40,921 nucleotides of DNA from Candidatus Magasanikbacteria bacterium RIFOXYC2_FULL_40_16 (GTDB taxonomy: Bacteria > Patescibacteriota > Patescibacteriia > Magasanikbacterales > UBA922), in contig MFQY01000042.1 in NCBI GenBank assembly GCA_001783185.1, forward strand, positions 553-41,473. The letters run 5' to 3'. Positions 1 through 8,291 of this stretch are shown one piece after another (the first letter of the stretch is position 1; each line of letters begins with the position of its first letter). Below the pieces are notes generated by a model that ran no database searches, was not told where the DNA came from, and saw nothing but the letters and a program-made list of their open reading frames with translations. The position numbers were made by a program, and so were the translations under genes.

Positions 1-76
1 TGGCCAGTCAAAAAGATGAAGTGGATGAGAGAAAGAGAGAGATAATCGACGTCTAGTAAGACGCGGTTTGCACGCG

Positions 77-107
77 GGGCCGGGCTATCAACAGCCGGCC
101 CTTTTTT
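77..107 (+). terminator. Intrinsic terminator of an upstream gene mostly outside the window
   Basis: GC stem GGGCC(G)GGCT / AGCCGGCCC followed by T6. Confidence 0.7.
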
Positions 108-111
108 ATAA

Positions 112-214
112 CAACTAAAATAATAATCAATATTCACTCATTCTCACTTTTGGTTCCGAGGTATTTGCCTGTTGTGGCAAATAAATCCGTGAATATTGAT
201 TATTATTATAGTTG
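112..214. repeat. 103-bp MITE-like segment with 26-bp terminal inverted repeats
   Basis: CAACTAAAATAATAATCAATATTCAC (112-137) vs GTGAATATTGATTATTATTATAGTTG (189-214), 1 mismatch; inner hairpin TATTTGCC/GGCAAATA. Confidence 0.7.
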
Positions 215-240
215 AAAAAAAAGTAATCCTTTGTTAGTAT
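212..240 (+). promoter_or_regulatory. Putative sigma70 promoter for trmD (near-leaderless mRNA)
   Basis: TTGAAA-17-TAGTAT with TGn extension; ATG 10 nt downstream. Confidence 0.45.
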
Positions 241-249
241 ATACATAGT

Positions 250-951
250 ATGAAATTCAACATAGTCACAATTTTTCCGGAAATAATCTCAGATTACGCT
301 TCAGAGACTATTTTAGGGCGCGCGCAAAAAAATAAATTGATAAAAGTGAACGCGGTTAATTTACGCGATTTTGCCGATGATAAACGCAGAACCATAGATG
401 ATACCCCGTATGGCGGAGGAGCCGGTATGGTGATGAAACCGGAACCGATTTATAAAGCGCTTAAGCGCTTGGGCGCTTTAAAGCTGGGGCAAAAGGCAAA
501 AGGCAAAAGGCAAAAGTTAACTATTTTACTTTCGCCGAGAGGGAAGCAATTTGACCAGCGGATGGCGGAGAAGTTTTCTAAAATGAAAGAAATAACTTTT
601 GTGTGCGGGCGTTATGAGGGGATTGACCAGCGTGTTACGGATTATATGGTGGATGAAGAAATTTCCATCGGACCTTATGTTTTGGCCGGCGGAGAACTCG
701 GCGCGCTTATTATAATTGAAGCAGTCGCGCGCTTAATCCCAGGGGTGCTTGGTAATCCGGAATCTCTTTTGGAAGAGAGTTTTGCGATTCAAGAGATTAA
801 AAAAAGTGGTCAAGTGGTCAAGTGGTCAGGTGGTCAAGTGGAGTACGCGCAATACACTAAGCCGGATAAGTTTAAAAAGTGGAAAGTGCCGGAAGTGTTA
901 TTAAGCGGTAATCATGCTGAAATTGAAAAGTGGCGAAAAGGCAGTAACTAA
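250..951 (+). CDS. trmD: tRNA (guanine37-N1)-methyltransferase
   Basis: Motifs DDTPYGGGAGMVMKPEP, LLSPRG, CGRYEGIDQRV, SIGPYVLAGGE, VPEVLLSGNH. Confidence 0.97.
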   Translation: MKFNIVTIFPEIISDYASETILGRAQKNKLIKVNAVNLRDFADDKRRTIDDTPYGGGAGMVMKPEPIYKALKRLGALKLGQKAKGKRQKLTILLSPRGKQFDQRMAEKFSKMKEITFVCGRYEGIDQRVTDYMVDEEISIGPYVLAGGELGALIIIEAVARLIPGVLGNPESLLEESFAIQEIKKSGQVVKWSGGQVEYAQYTKPDKFKKWKVPEVLLSGNHAEIEKWRKGSN

Positions 952-957
952 AATTTT

Positions 958-1818
958 ATGTCAAAAAAATCAGGACAAGATTTTGAACCACCGAAAGAGG
1001 CGGAAAAACAAGTAAAAAACGCTTGGCTTTTTGATGTTGATGGGGTTATAACCGATCCACAAGAGAAAAAGGTTTTAGAGGAGGGATTGTTTGAGCAGAT
1101 AATCAGCCGGCTTGAAGCCGGAGAACCGGTGGCGTTTAACACTGGCAGGGATTTGGGTTTTGTTCAGGAAAAGGTGATAGATGAATTATTAAAAAGAACG
1201 GACAAGAAGAAATTACAAAACTTATTTGCCGTGGCGGAAAAAGGCGCGTTGTGGGCGGCTTTTGGGCCGGACGGAAGAGAAAAAGAAAGTATAGACGAAA
1301 GTATTTCCGTGCCGGAAGAAGTTAAGAATAGAGTCAGAGATTTGGTAAAACAAAAGTTTTCCGACTGTATGTTTTATGATGAAACGAAACGGACAATGAT
1401 TTCAATAGAAATGAATCATAATGGCGATTTGGAAGAATTTAGTGTCAAAAGAGAAGAGTTGCTGGAAGATTTAAAAGATATTTTTCAAGAGTTAGGACTG
1501 GACGGCAGGTGTATAATTGATTCGACGATAATATCCACCGATATTCAGTCAGTTGGCGTTGGCAAGAATTTGGGCGCGACCAGATTTTTGGAATGGCTTG
1601 AATCAAGAGGAATCACGGCGGAGAAATTTTTTTGTTTTGGCGATTCAAAATCCGATTTGGCCATGGCCGAGGAAATACACAGACAAGGCGAGGATGTGGA
1701 GTTTGTGTTTATCGGAGACAGAAAATGTGTAGTCGGTAGCAGGGTGGGATTTGAAGTAATTTGTCCGGAAGATAGGCATGGCAAAGGCACTTTGAGTTTT
1801 TTAAAAAATAATAAATAA
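958..1818 (+). CDS. HAD-superfamily hydrolase (IIB/Cof-like)
   Basis: Motif I FDVDGV, motif II NTGR, conserved Lys (GVGK), motif IV FGDSKSD. Confidence 0.8.
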   Translation: MSKKSGQDFEPPKEAEKQVKNAWLFDVDGVITDPQEKKVLEEGLFEQIISRLEAGEPVAFNTGRDLGFVQEKVIDELLKRTDKKKLQNLFAVAEKGALWAAFGPDGREKESIDESISVPEEVKNRVRDLVKQKFSDCMFYDETKRTMISIEMNHNGDLEEFSVKREELLEDLKDIFQELGLDGRCIIDSTIISTDIQSVGVGKNLGATRFLEWLESRGITAEKFFCFGDSKSDLAMAEEIHRQGEDVEFVFIGDRKCVVGSRVGFEVICPEDRHGKGTLSFLKNNK

Positions 1819-1835
1819 TAATTAATATTAATTAT

Positions 1836-2906
1836 ATGACAGAAAAATTCTGGTCGGAATTTAAACCAAGGGATGACGCATCGTCTCTGATTATAGAAAA
1901 TTTTTTTAAGTCGCTTCGAGACGGAGAGTCGATTGAAATAACCGAAGAAGACAGGGAAAAATATGGGTTATTGGTGACAGGTCCGATTAGCGAGGACACA
2001 ATGAAGTTTAGTGTTGAAGGGTCAAGAGAACTTAATGAAATACAGCAAAAAGCCAAGGATTTTGTCGGCCGATATATAAAAAAATTTGTGGAAGATGTAA
2101 ATAAAAAAAATGAAAAAGAAGGTAAAAAACAAATGGAAGATTGGCCGAAAATAAATATAGCTGATGTTAAGGTAATGGATAATGGCGAGTGTAATATCGT
2201 TGCCAGAACGGGCGAGACTAGCTATGGACGGGTAGTAGCTTTTAAAGGTGAAGGATTGAGGAAAGCGTATGATGATTACGCAAAAGAATATTCAGTTTCC
2301 GGAGAGGAAATCTTACCATTTGAAGAATTTGAAAGATTGTTTATGCCTAATGTGCCGGCGGTTTCCACATTGATAATGACAGCGGATAATAATATTCTTT
2401 TAACCAAGAGAAGCCCGCGAAAGGTTTCAAGTTATGAGGAGGCATGGCATTTGCCAGCAGGTTATTTGGATAATAAAGATAAGAATGAAAGAGGAGAAGT
2501 AGACCCTTTTATCGCGGCAAAACGGGAAATAAATGAGGAAGTTGGGCTGACAAAAGAACAAATTGATGATTTGGTATGTTTGGGAATAATGCGTAATCGC
2601 GATGGCGGGATTAACGAATTTCTTTTTGTGGCGAGAACGACAATGAGAAGCGATGAGATAGTTGATAAAAATATTAAAGTTGGCGAATCAAGATTATTAC
2701 TTCATCCTAAGGATATTGATGGCGATGTGCGGCCGAGGAAATTGATAAAGTCGGGTAAAATATCAACTGTTTTGCCGGCTTTGTTAAAAATAGATGAGGT
2801 TTTTGGAAAAGATAAGAAGGGGGAACCTGGTCCGGAATTGACAGTTCCATCATCAAAAGCGCTATTCTTTTTGGTTGATAAATTGTTGAAAAAAATGAAA
2901 AGTTGA
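1836..2906 (+). CDS. Nudix hydrolase domain protein with long N-terminal region
   Basis: WHLPAG...AAKREINEEVGL Nudix box preceded by ILLTKRS strand. Confidence 0.75.
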   Translation: MTEKFWSEFKPRDDASSLIIENFFKSLRDGESIEITEEDREKYGLLVTGPISEDTMKFSVEGSRELNEIQQKAKDFVGRYIKKFVEDVNKKNEKEGKKQMEDWPKINIADVKVMDNGECNIVARTGETSYGRVVAFKGEGLRKAYDDYAKEYSVSGEEILPFEEFERLFMPNVPAVSTLIMTADNNILLTKRSPRKVSSYEEAWHLPAGYLDNKDKNERGEVDPFIAAKREINEEVGLTKEQIDDLVCLGIMRNRDGGINEFLFVARTTMRSDEIVDKNIKVGESRLLLHPKDIDGDVRPRKLIKSGKISTVLPALLKIDEVFGKDKKGEPGPELTVPSSKALFFLVDKLLKKMKS

Positions 2907-2951
2907 TTTTTAACTTATCCCCACTATCCCCACAGGGGTGATTTTAAGGGC

Positions 2952-2980
2952 TTGACAGCTTTTGGGGTTTGTACTATAAT
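2952..2980 (+). promoter_or_regulatory. Consensus sigma70 promoter of the 16S rRNA gene
   Basis: TTGACA-17-TATAAT perfect match. Confidence 0.85.
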
Positions 2981-3330
2981 GCTCACACAATAATATTTCA
3001 CAATTTAATATTTCCTTAAGCCTTAAACAGGGAACTGGGGAGAGAGAAGAGCAACTCAGATTGGGTTTCTCTTTTTTCTTATCACAATTCAAAATACATA
3101 CAACATATGAGTTATGGTGTGTGTATCATGAATCATGATAGACGCCCTTTACAATTTACAGGTAACAACAAATTTCCACAAAATAAATGTGATAAAGACG
3201 ATCCAATCTAAGAAATTAGATTTGTAGAACGTCTATTCCAAAACAAGAATCAAAACCTTCACAAAATGTTCGTATTGAACATAAATTGAGAAGGATTCAA
3301 TTCTCTACAATATTATGCTTGCATAATATT

Positions 3331-4919
3331 TTTATTGAGAGTTTGATCCTGGCTCAGGATGAACGTTGGCGGCGTGTCTAAGGCATGCAAGTCGTGCGAT
3401 CGGTCCAGTCCTACTTTGTAAATGTTTTACGGTATAGCAAAATTTAAGCCGCGAGGCGCCTTACGGCTCCAGACGGTGCTTTACTAAAAAACGTTGCCAG
3501 AGCAGGACTGGATACGGAGCGGCAAACGGGTGAGTAACACATTAGTAATCTACCTTCGAGACGGGGATAGCTCATCGAAAGATGAATTAATACCCGATAG
3601 TCATGGGGGGACAAAAGTCATTCCCATGTAAACCTACGGGGCTCGGAGAGGAGCTTATGTCTGATTAGCTAGTTGGTGGGGTAATGGCCTACCAAGGCTC
3701 TGATCAGTAGCAGGCGTGAGAGCGTGACCTGCCTCACTGGGACTGAGACACTGCCCAGACTCCTACGGGAGGCTGCAGTCAAGAATATTCCGCAATGGAC
3801 GAAAGTCTGACGGAGCGACGCCGCGTGCAGGAAGAAGCCCTTCGGGGTGTAAACTGCTTTTATATGGGAAGAATTCGTGACGGTACCATATGAATAAGAG
3901 GTTGCTAACTCTGTGCCAGCAGCAGCGGTAATACAGAGACCTCAAACGTTATCCGGATTCATTGGGCGTAAAGCGTCCGCAGGTGGTTTGTAAAGTTAAT
4001 GGTTAAATCCCGGAGCTTAACTCCAGGACTGCTGTTAAAACTCACAGACTCGAGGTTGGGAGAGGCAAGCGGAATTCTCGGTGTAGTCGTAATAAGCGCT
4101 GATATCGAGAAGAACACCAAAGGCGAAGGCAGCTTGCTAGAACATACCTGACACTCATGGACGAAAGCGTGGGTAGCGAATGGGATTAGATACCCCAGTA
4201 GTCCACGCCCTAAACTATGTGCACTAGATATTGGAAGTATCGACCCTTTCAGTATCGTTTAAAAAAGCTAACGCGTTAAGTGCACCGCCTGGGGAGTACG
4301 GCCGCAAGGTTAAAACTCAAAGGAATAGACGGGGACCCGCACAAGCGGTGGATCATGCGGTTTAATTCGACGATACGCGGCGAACCTTACCTGGGCTCAA
4401 CTACTAGCTGCAAACTACCCGAAAGGGAAGTTGCCTTCGAGGGTGCTAGATAGGTGCTGCATGGTTGCCGTCAGCTCGTGCCGTGAGGTGTACCCTTAAG
4501 TGGGGTAACGAGCGCAACCCTCGTTGTGTGTTAAATTGTACACGCAAGACTGCCTGCGCAAGCAGGAGGAAGGTGGGGACGACGTCAAATCAGCATGGCT
4601 CTTACGTCCAGGGCGACACGCATGATACAATGGTTGGTACAACGGGTAGCGAAGCCGTGAGGTGTAGCCAATCCCTAAAAACCAATCCCAGTTCGGATTG
4701 AAGGCTGCAATTCGCCTTCATGAAGTTGGAATCGCTAGTAAACGCGCATCAGCCACGGCGCGTTGAATACGTTCTCGGGTCTTGTACTCACCGCCCGTCA
4801 TACCACGAAAGTTGGCAGCACCCGAAGGCCCTTTATAGGGACCAAGGTGAGGTCAGTAATCAGGGTAAAGTCGTAACAAGGCATCCGTAGCGGAAGCTGT
4901 GGATGGATCACCTCCTTTC
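3331..4919 (+). rRNA. rrs: 16S rRNA gene, not followed by tRNA or 23S (ends approximate)
   Basis: AGAGTTTGATCCTGGCTCAG at 3338, ACTCCTACGGGAGGCTGCAG, ATTAGATACCC, AAACTCAAAGGAAT, AAGTCGTAACAAGG, 3' GGATCACCTCCTTT. Confidence 0.99.
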
Positions 4920-5120
4920 TGGAGTACATTCTTTCGGAAGAAAGAATAGATATCCCGACTTAGTCGGGATAACAGACATTGATCCTTTCTGGATCAGGAT
5001 TAGTAGACGTTTTTTACCCCGTAGTGAGCTTTGCTCTACTACTGGGCAATTGTCTTTATCACATTTATGGTGTGGAACCATGCGCCACAAGGGTGCATGG
5101 CTAAAAATACCTGAATTTTA

Positions 5121-5144
5121 AATTACCCCCGGAAAGGGTTTTTT
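5121..5144 (+). terminator. Possible weak terminator after the 16S trailer
   Basis: Short CCC/GGG stem followed by T6. Confidence 0.35.
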
Positions 5145-5178
5145 GGTTTATATTATATAATTATCCACATACCGGAAC

Positions 5179-5207
5179 TTGACAGGTTTGCTGATATATG
5201 ATACCTT
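5179..5207 (+). promoter_or_regulatory. Putative sigma70 promoter preceded by a perfect DnaA box (5161-5169)
   Basis: TTGACA-17-TACCTT with TGn; TTATCCACA at 5161. Confidence 0.5.
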
Positions 5208-5213
5208 TAATTT

Positions 5214-5354
5214 AGATAAGGTTTGCAAAAACCGAGTCGAGATGTCTGGTAGCACCTGTTACCACAACATTTCCTCGGAAATCTTATTACATCGGGGCCT
5301 AAGACATCTGTCAAAGGCCCCTTTAAAATTTATACGGGAAAACCGTATTTTTTG
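5214..5354 (+). ncRNA. Candidate structured ncRNA of unknown family
   Basis: Lies between a promoter and terminator ATACGG-GAAAA-CCGTAT-T-run; long nested hairpin 5216-5287 and second hairpin 5294-5321; no convincing ORF. Confidence 0.45.
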
Positions 5355-5464
5355 TTTTTTTAAAATCACTTGACCCCCACACTATGTATAATGTAAGATG
5401 TAGCATATAACATGTGCATTACTAAATGTTTTCATGTTTTAATGTTTTAATGTTTAAATGTTTT

Positions 5465-6010
5465 ATGTCACTCAATCGTCTAATCAATCTAGCCAGAAGG
5501 ACGGGGGATAGGCTAATAGTTCATCAGCCTGAAAAAGGCGAGGATATTGTAATTATGGATGTTGATGAATATGAGTTGCTTTTGAATGAAAGACGTGATG
5601 TCAGAAATTTATCTGATAAGCAATTGCTTGACCAAATTAATCGTGATATTGCCATTTGGCGGGCTAATGAAAAACTTGAGGAAGATGAGGATTTTTCTGA
5701 TTTCAGCGAGAAAGAGGATGATAATTGGTTTAGCGCCGGCAGTGTTTTAGGTGGTCGTTTTGGTGAGTCGGAAGAGGACATGCTTGAAGAAGAGGACGAA
5801 GAGATTGAGGATATGGATGGATTTTTTGATTTGAATGAGGTGGAAGGGGACGTTTTTCCGGAAGTTGAAACCAATAAAAATGCTGAAGAATTAGCCAAAA
5901 ATGAAGAACCAAAGATAATACACGAGAGACCGATCGGGAGCAGTGATGAAATTTGGGAAGAGGAGTCTTTAGGTGGTGACGAGCCGGTTTTTTATGAAGA
6001 GCCGGTTTGA
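5465..6010 (+). CDS. Hypothetical protein: Phd/YefM-like N-terminus and very acidic C-terminal tail
   Basis: Start placed at ATG 5465 after a TGTTTTAA array; LINLARRTGDRLIV...IVIMDVDEYELLL pattern; D/E-rich remainder. Confidence 0.7.
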   Translation: MSLNRLINLARRTGDRLIVHQPEKGEDIVIMDVDEYELLLNERRDVRNLSDKQLLDQINRDIAIWRANEKLEEDEDFSDFSEKEDDNWFSAGSVLGGRFGESEEDMLEEEDEEIEDMDGFFDLNEVEGDVFPEVETNKNAEELAKNEEPKIIHERPIGSSDEIWEEESLGGDEPVFYEEPV

Positions 6011-6058
6011 CACCTGACCACTTTACCACCTGACCACTTGACTACTTGAGCACTCAAC
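6011..6058. repeat. Octamer tandem array (CACTTGAC-like x6)
   Basis: CACCTGAC CACTTTAC CACCTGAC CACTTGAC TACTTGAG CACTCAAC; reverse complement family of the GTGGTCAA array in trmD (806-841). Confidence 0.8.
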
Positions 6059-6136
6059 CCTATGGTGTTTAGTTAGTAAAATGATCACATGGTTGGGTAA
6101 GTAATGATTATCCCCAAAAGTCCCCAAGTAAAGCAC

Positions 6137-6165
6137 TTGACTAATATTTAGACTTGGTGTATAAT
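6137..6165 (+). promoter_or_regulatory. sigma70 promoter for tuf-rpsJ
   Basis: TTGACT-17-TATAAT. Confidence 0.75.
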
Positions 6166-6305
6166 TGGCAACATCAATTAGATATGCACAAGTGCTTTGT
6201 TTTAAGGCGCTTTGCGTATTTTTAAATTATTTTGTAAATTAAAAGAATCCGCTGGATTAAAAAACTGTTGTGACCACTCATAACAGTGCGGGAAAAAGTA
6301 TTAAT

Positions 6306-7496
6306 ATGGTAGACTTTGACCGTTCAAAGCCTCATGTGAATGTTGGTACCATTGGCCACGTTGACCATGGTAAAACCACATTAACAGCCGCAATTTTGAA
6401 AGTTGCCGCTGCTCACGGTTTGACAGCTCAAACCAAAGATGTAGATCAGATTGATTCTGCGCCTGAAGAAAAAGCGCGCGGTATTACAATTGCTACAGCT
6501 CATGTTGAATATGAAACCGAAGCCAGACACTACGCCCACGTTGATTGTCCGGGCCATGCGGATTATGTTAAGAACATGATTACGGGCGCCGCTCAAATGG
6601 ATGGCGCAATTTTGGTTGTCTCCGCTGCTGACGGCCCAATGCCTCAGACTCGCGAGCACATCTTGCTTGCCCGCCAAGTTGGCGTGCCTTATATCGTAGT
6701 CTTTTTGAACAAAGTGGATCAGGTTTCTGACCCGGAATTGATTGACCTTGTAGAAGAGGAAATCAAGGATTTGTTAAAGAAATACGAATTCCCTGGCGAT
6801 ACTACTCCTATTATTCGCGGTTCAGCTTTGAAAGCTCTTGAGAACCCTTCCGATGCGGAAGCGAGTAAGCCGGTTATGGACTTGTTAAAAACTTTGGATG
6901 AATATATTCCTACACCAGTACGCGAACTTGATAAACCATTTATGATGCCAATTGAAGATGTTTTCTCAATTGAAGGACGTGGCACTGTAGTAACAGGCCG
7001 TATTGAACGCGGTGTTGTTAAAGTGGGCGAGGAAGTTTCCATTGTCGGTATGCAAGCCGAACCAATGAAAACAACCGTTACCGGAGTTGAAATGTTTAAT
7101 AAAAATCTTTCTCAAGGCCAAGCTGGTGATAATGCTGGTGTGTTGCTTCGCGGTACAAAGAAAGATGAAGTGGAACGTGGTATGGTTCTTGCCAAGCCGG
7201 GTTCAATCACCCCTCATACAGAGTTTGAAGCTAAAATTTATGCTCTTACCAAAGATGAAGGTGGTAGACATAAGCCATTCTTTAAAGGTTATAAACCGCA
7301 ATTTTATATCAGAACTACTGATGTAACCGGCGACGTAACTCTTCCTGAAGGAACAGAAATGGTAATGCCTGGAGATACTATTGATCTAACAATCAAGCTT
7401 ATCGTTCCGGTAGCTTTGGAAGAAAAGATGAGATTCGCTATTCGCGAAGGCGGAAAAACAGTTGGAGCCGGCGCGGTAACAAAGATTATTAAATAA
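6306..7496 (+). CDS. tuf: Elongation factor Tu
   Basis: [44 protein letters not shown]; start at ATG 6306. Confidence 0.99.
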   Translation: MVDFDRSKPHVNVGTIGHVDHGKTTLTAAILKVAAAHGLTAQTKDVDQIDSAPEEKARGITIATAHVEYETEARHYAHVDCPGHADYVKNMITGAAQMDGAILVVSAADGPMPQTREHILLARQVGVPYIVVFLNKVDQVSDPELIDLVEEEIKDLLKKYEFPGDTTPIIRGSALKALENPSDAEASKPVMDLLKTLDEYIPTPVRELDKPFMMPIEDVFSIEGRGTVVTGRIERGVVKVGEEVSIVGMQAEPMKTTVTGVEMFNKNLSQGQAGDNAGVLLRGTKKDEVERGMVLAKPGSITPHTEFEAKIYALTKDEGGRHKPFFKGYKPQFYIRTTDVTGDVTLPEGTEMVMPGDTIDLTIKLIVPVALEEKMRFAIREGGKTVGAGAVTKIIK

Positions 7497-7509
7497 ATAA
7501 AATTCCGAA

Positions 7510-7538
7510 CCCGCCCCCCGACTGAGTCGGGGGGCGGG
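7510..7538. repeat. GC-rich palindrome of the CCCGACT-N-AGTCGGG family
   Basis: CCCGCCCCCCGACT-G-AGTCGGGGGGCGGG; relatives at 4951, 13387, 17726, 34290. Confidence 0.75.
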
Positions 7539-7564
7539 GGCGGGAAGCTCTTTGGAATTAAATT

Positions 7565-7915
7565 ATGACAGCTACAAAAACAGACAAAAAAAATCAACAA
7601 ACAGAATCAAATCAAAAAATAAGAATCAAGATTTGCGCATACGACAATAAGATTATTGATATTGCGACAAAAACCATTATCAATACGGCTGAACGCAACA
7701 ATGCAAAAGTGGTAGGCCCGGTGCCTTTGCCAACCGCGAAAAAGAAGTTTACGGTTAATCGCGCGACTTTTGTTCACAAAACAGCCGCGGAACAATATGA
7801 GATTCGTGTTCACAAGAGATTGATTGATATTTTGGACGCAAACCCTAAAGCGATTGACGCTCTTATGAGTTTGAATTTACCGGCTGGTGTTGATGTTGAG
7901 ATAAAAATGTCATAA
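7565..7915 (+). CDS. rpsJ: 30S ribosomal protein S10
   Basis: KIRIKICAYD, GPVPLPT, HKRLIDI, LPAGVDVEIK. Confidence 0.97.
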   Translation: MTATKTDKKNQQTESNQKIRIKICAYDNKIIDIATKTIINTAERNNAKVVGPVPLPTAKKKFTVNRATFVHKTAAEQYEIRVHKRLIDILDANPKAIDALMSLNLPAGVDVEIKMS

Positions 7916-7947
7916 AAATGCTTGAAAAGTTAAGCTTTTGAGGGCAC

Positions 7948-7976
7948 TTGACAGAAAAATTAAAATAGTGTAAAAT
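7948..7976 (+). promoter_or_regulatory. Internal sigma70 promoter upstream of rplC
   Basis: TTGACA-17-TAAAAT in a 376-bp rpsJ-rplC gap. Confidence 0.7.
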
Positions 7977-8291
7977 TAGCGCACAAGAAAAATAAATGCC
8001 GTAAACAAATTAGATAAGATTTCTCGGCTTAGTCGGGTAAAAAACATCTAGTAAGAATATAGGCATGAGAGGAAAAAGCAACCAAAACAAACTACAATAA
8101 AGGCCCAACCACGAAAATTGCCTTTGGTGGCTCACTCGTGGCAAGAAAATGGCTAGAAGGTAGTACTAATCATAAATTTAAACAGATTTATTTATAAAAT
8201 TTAAACAGATTTACTCTGTCTAAATCAATTATTATTTATTCTGTCTAAATCAATGAATAGGGTTGTCTTCTGGCTTTTTTAATATAATGTT

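Noticed and set aside
3763-5121. Short ORFs within and just after the 16S gene
   Set aside because: They overlap rRNA or its trailer and are chance frames
5179-5373. 64-aa ORF starting at TTG
   Set aside because: The TTG is the -35 box and the frame runs through a terminator; an RNA reading fits better
5426-5464. MFSCFNVLMFKCF N-terminal extension
   Set aside because: Translation of a TGTTTTAA octamer array; start moved to 5465
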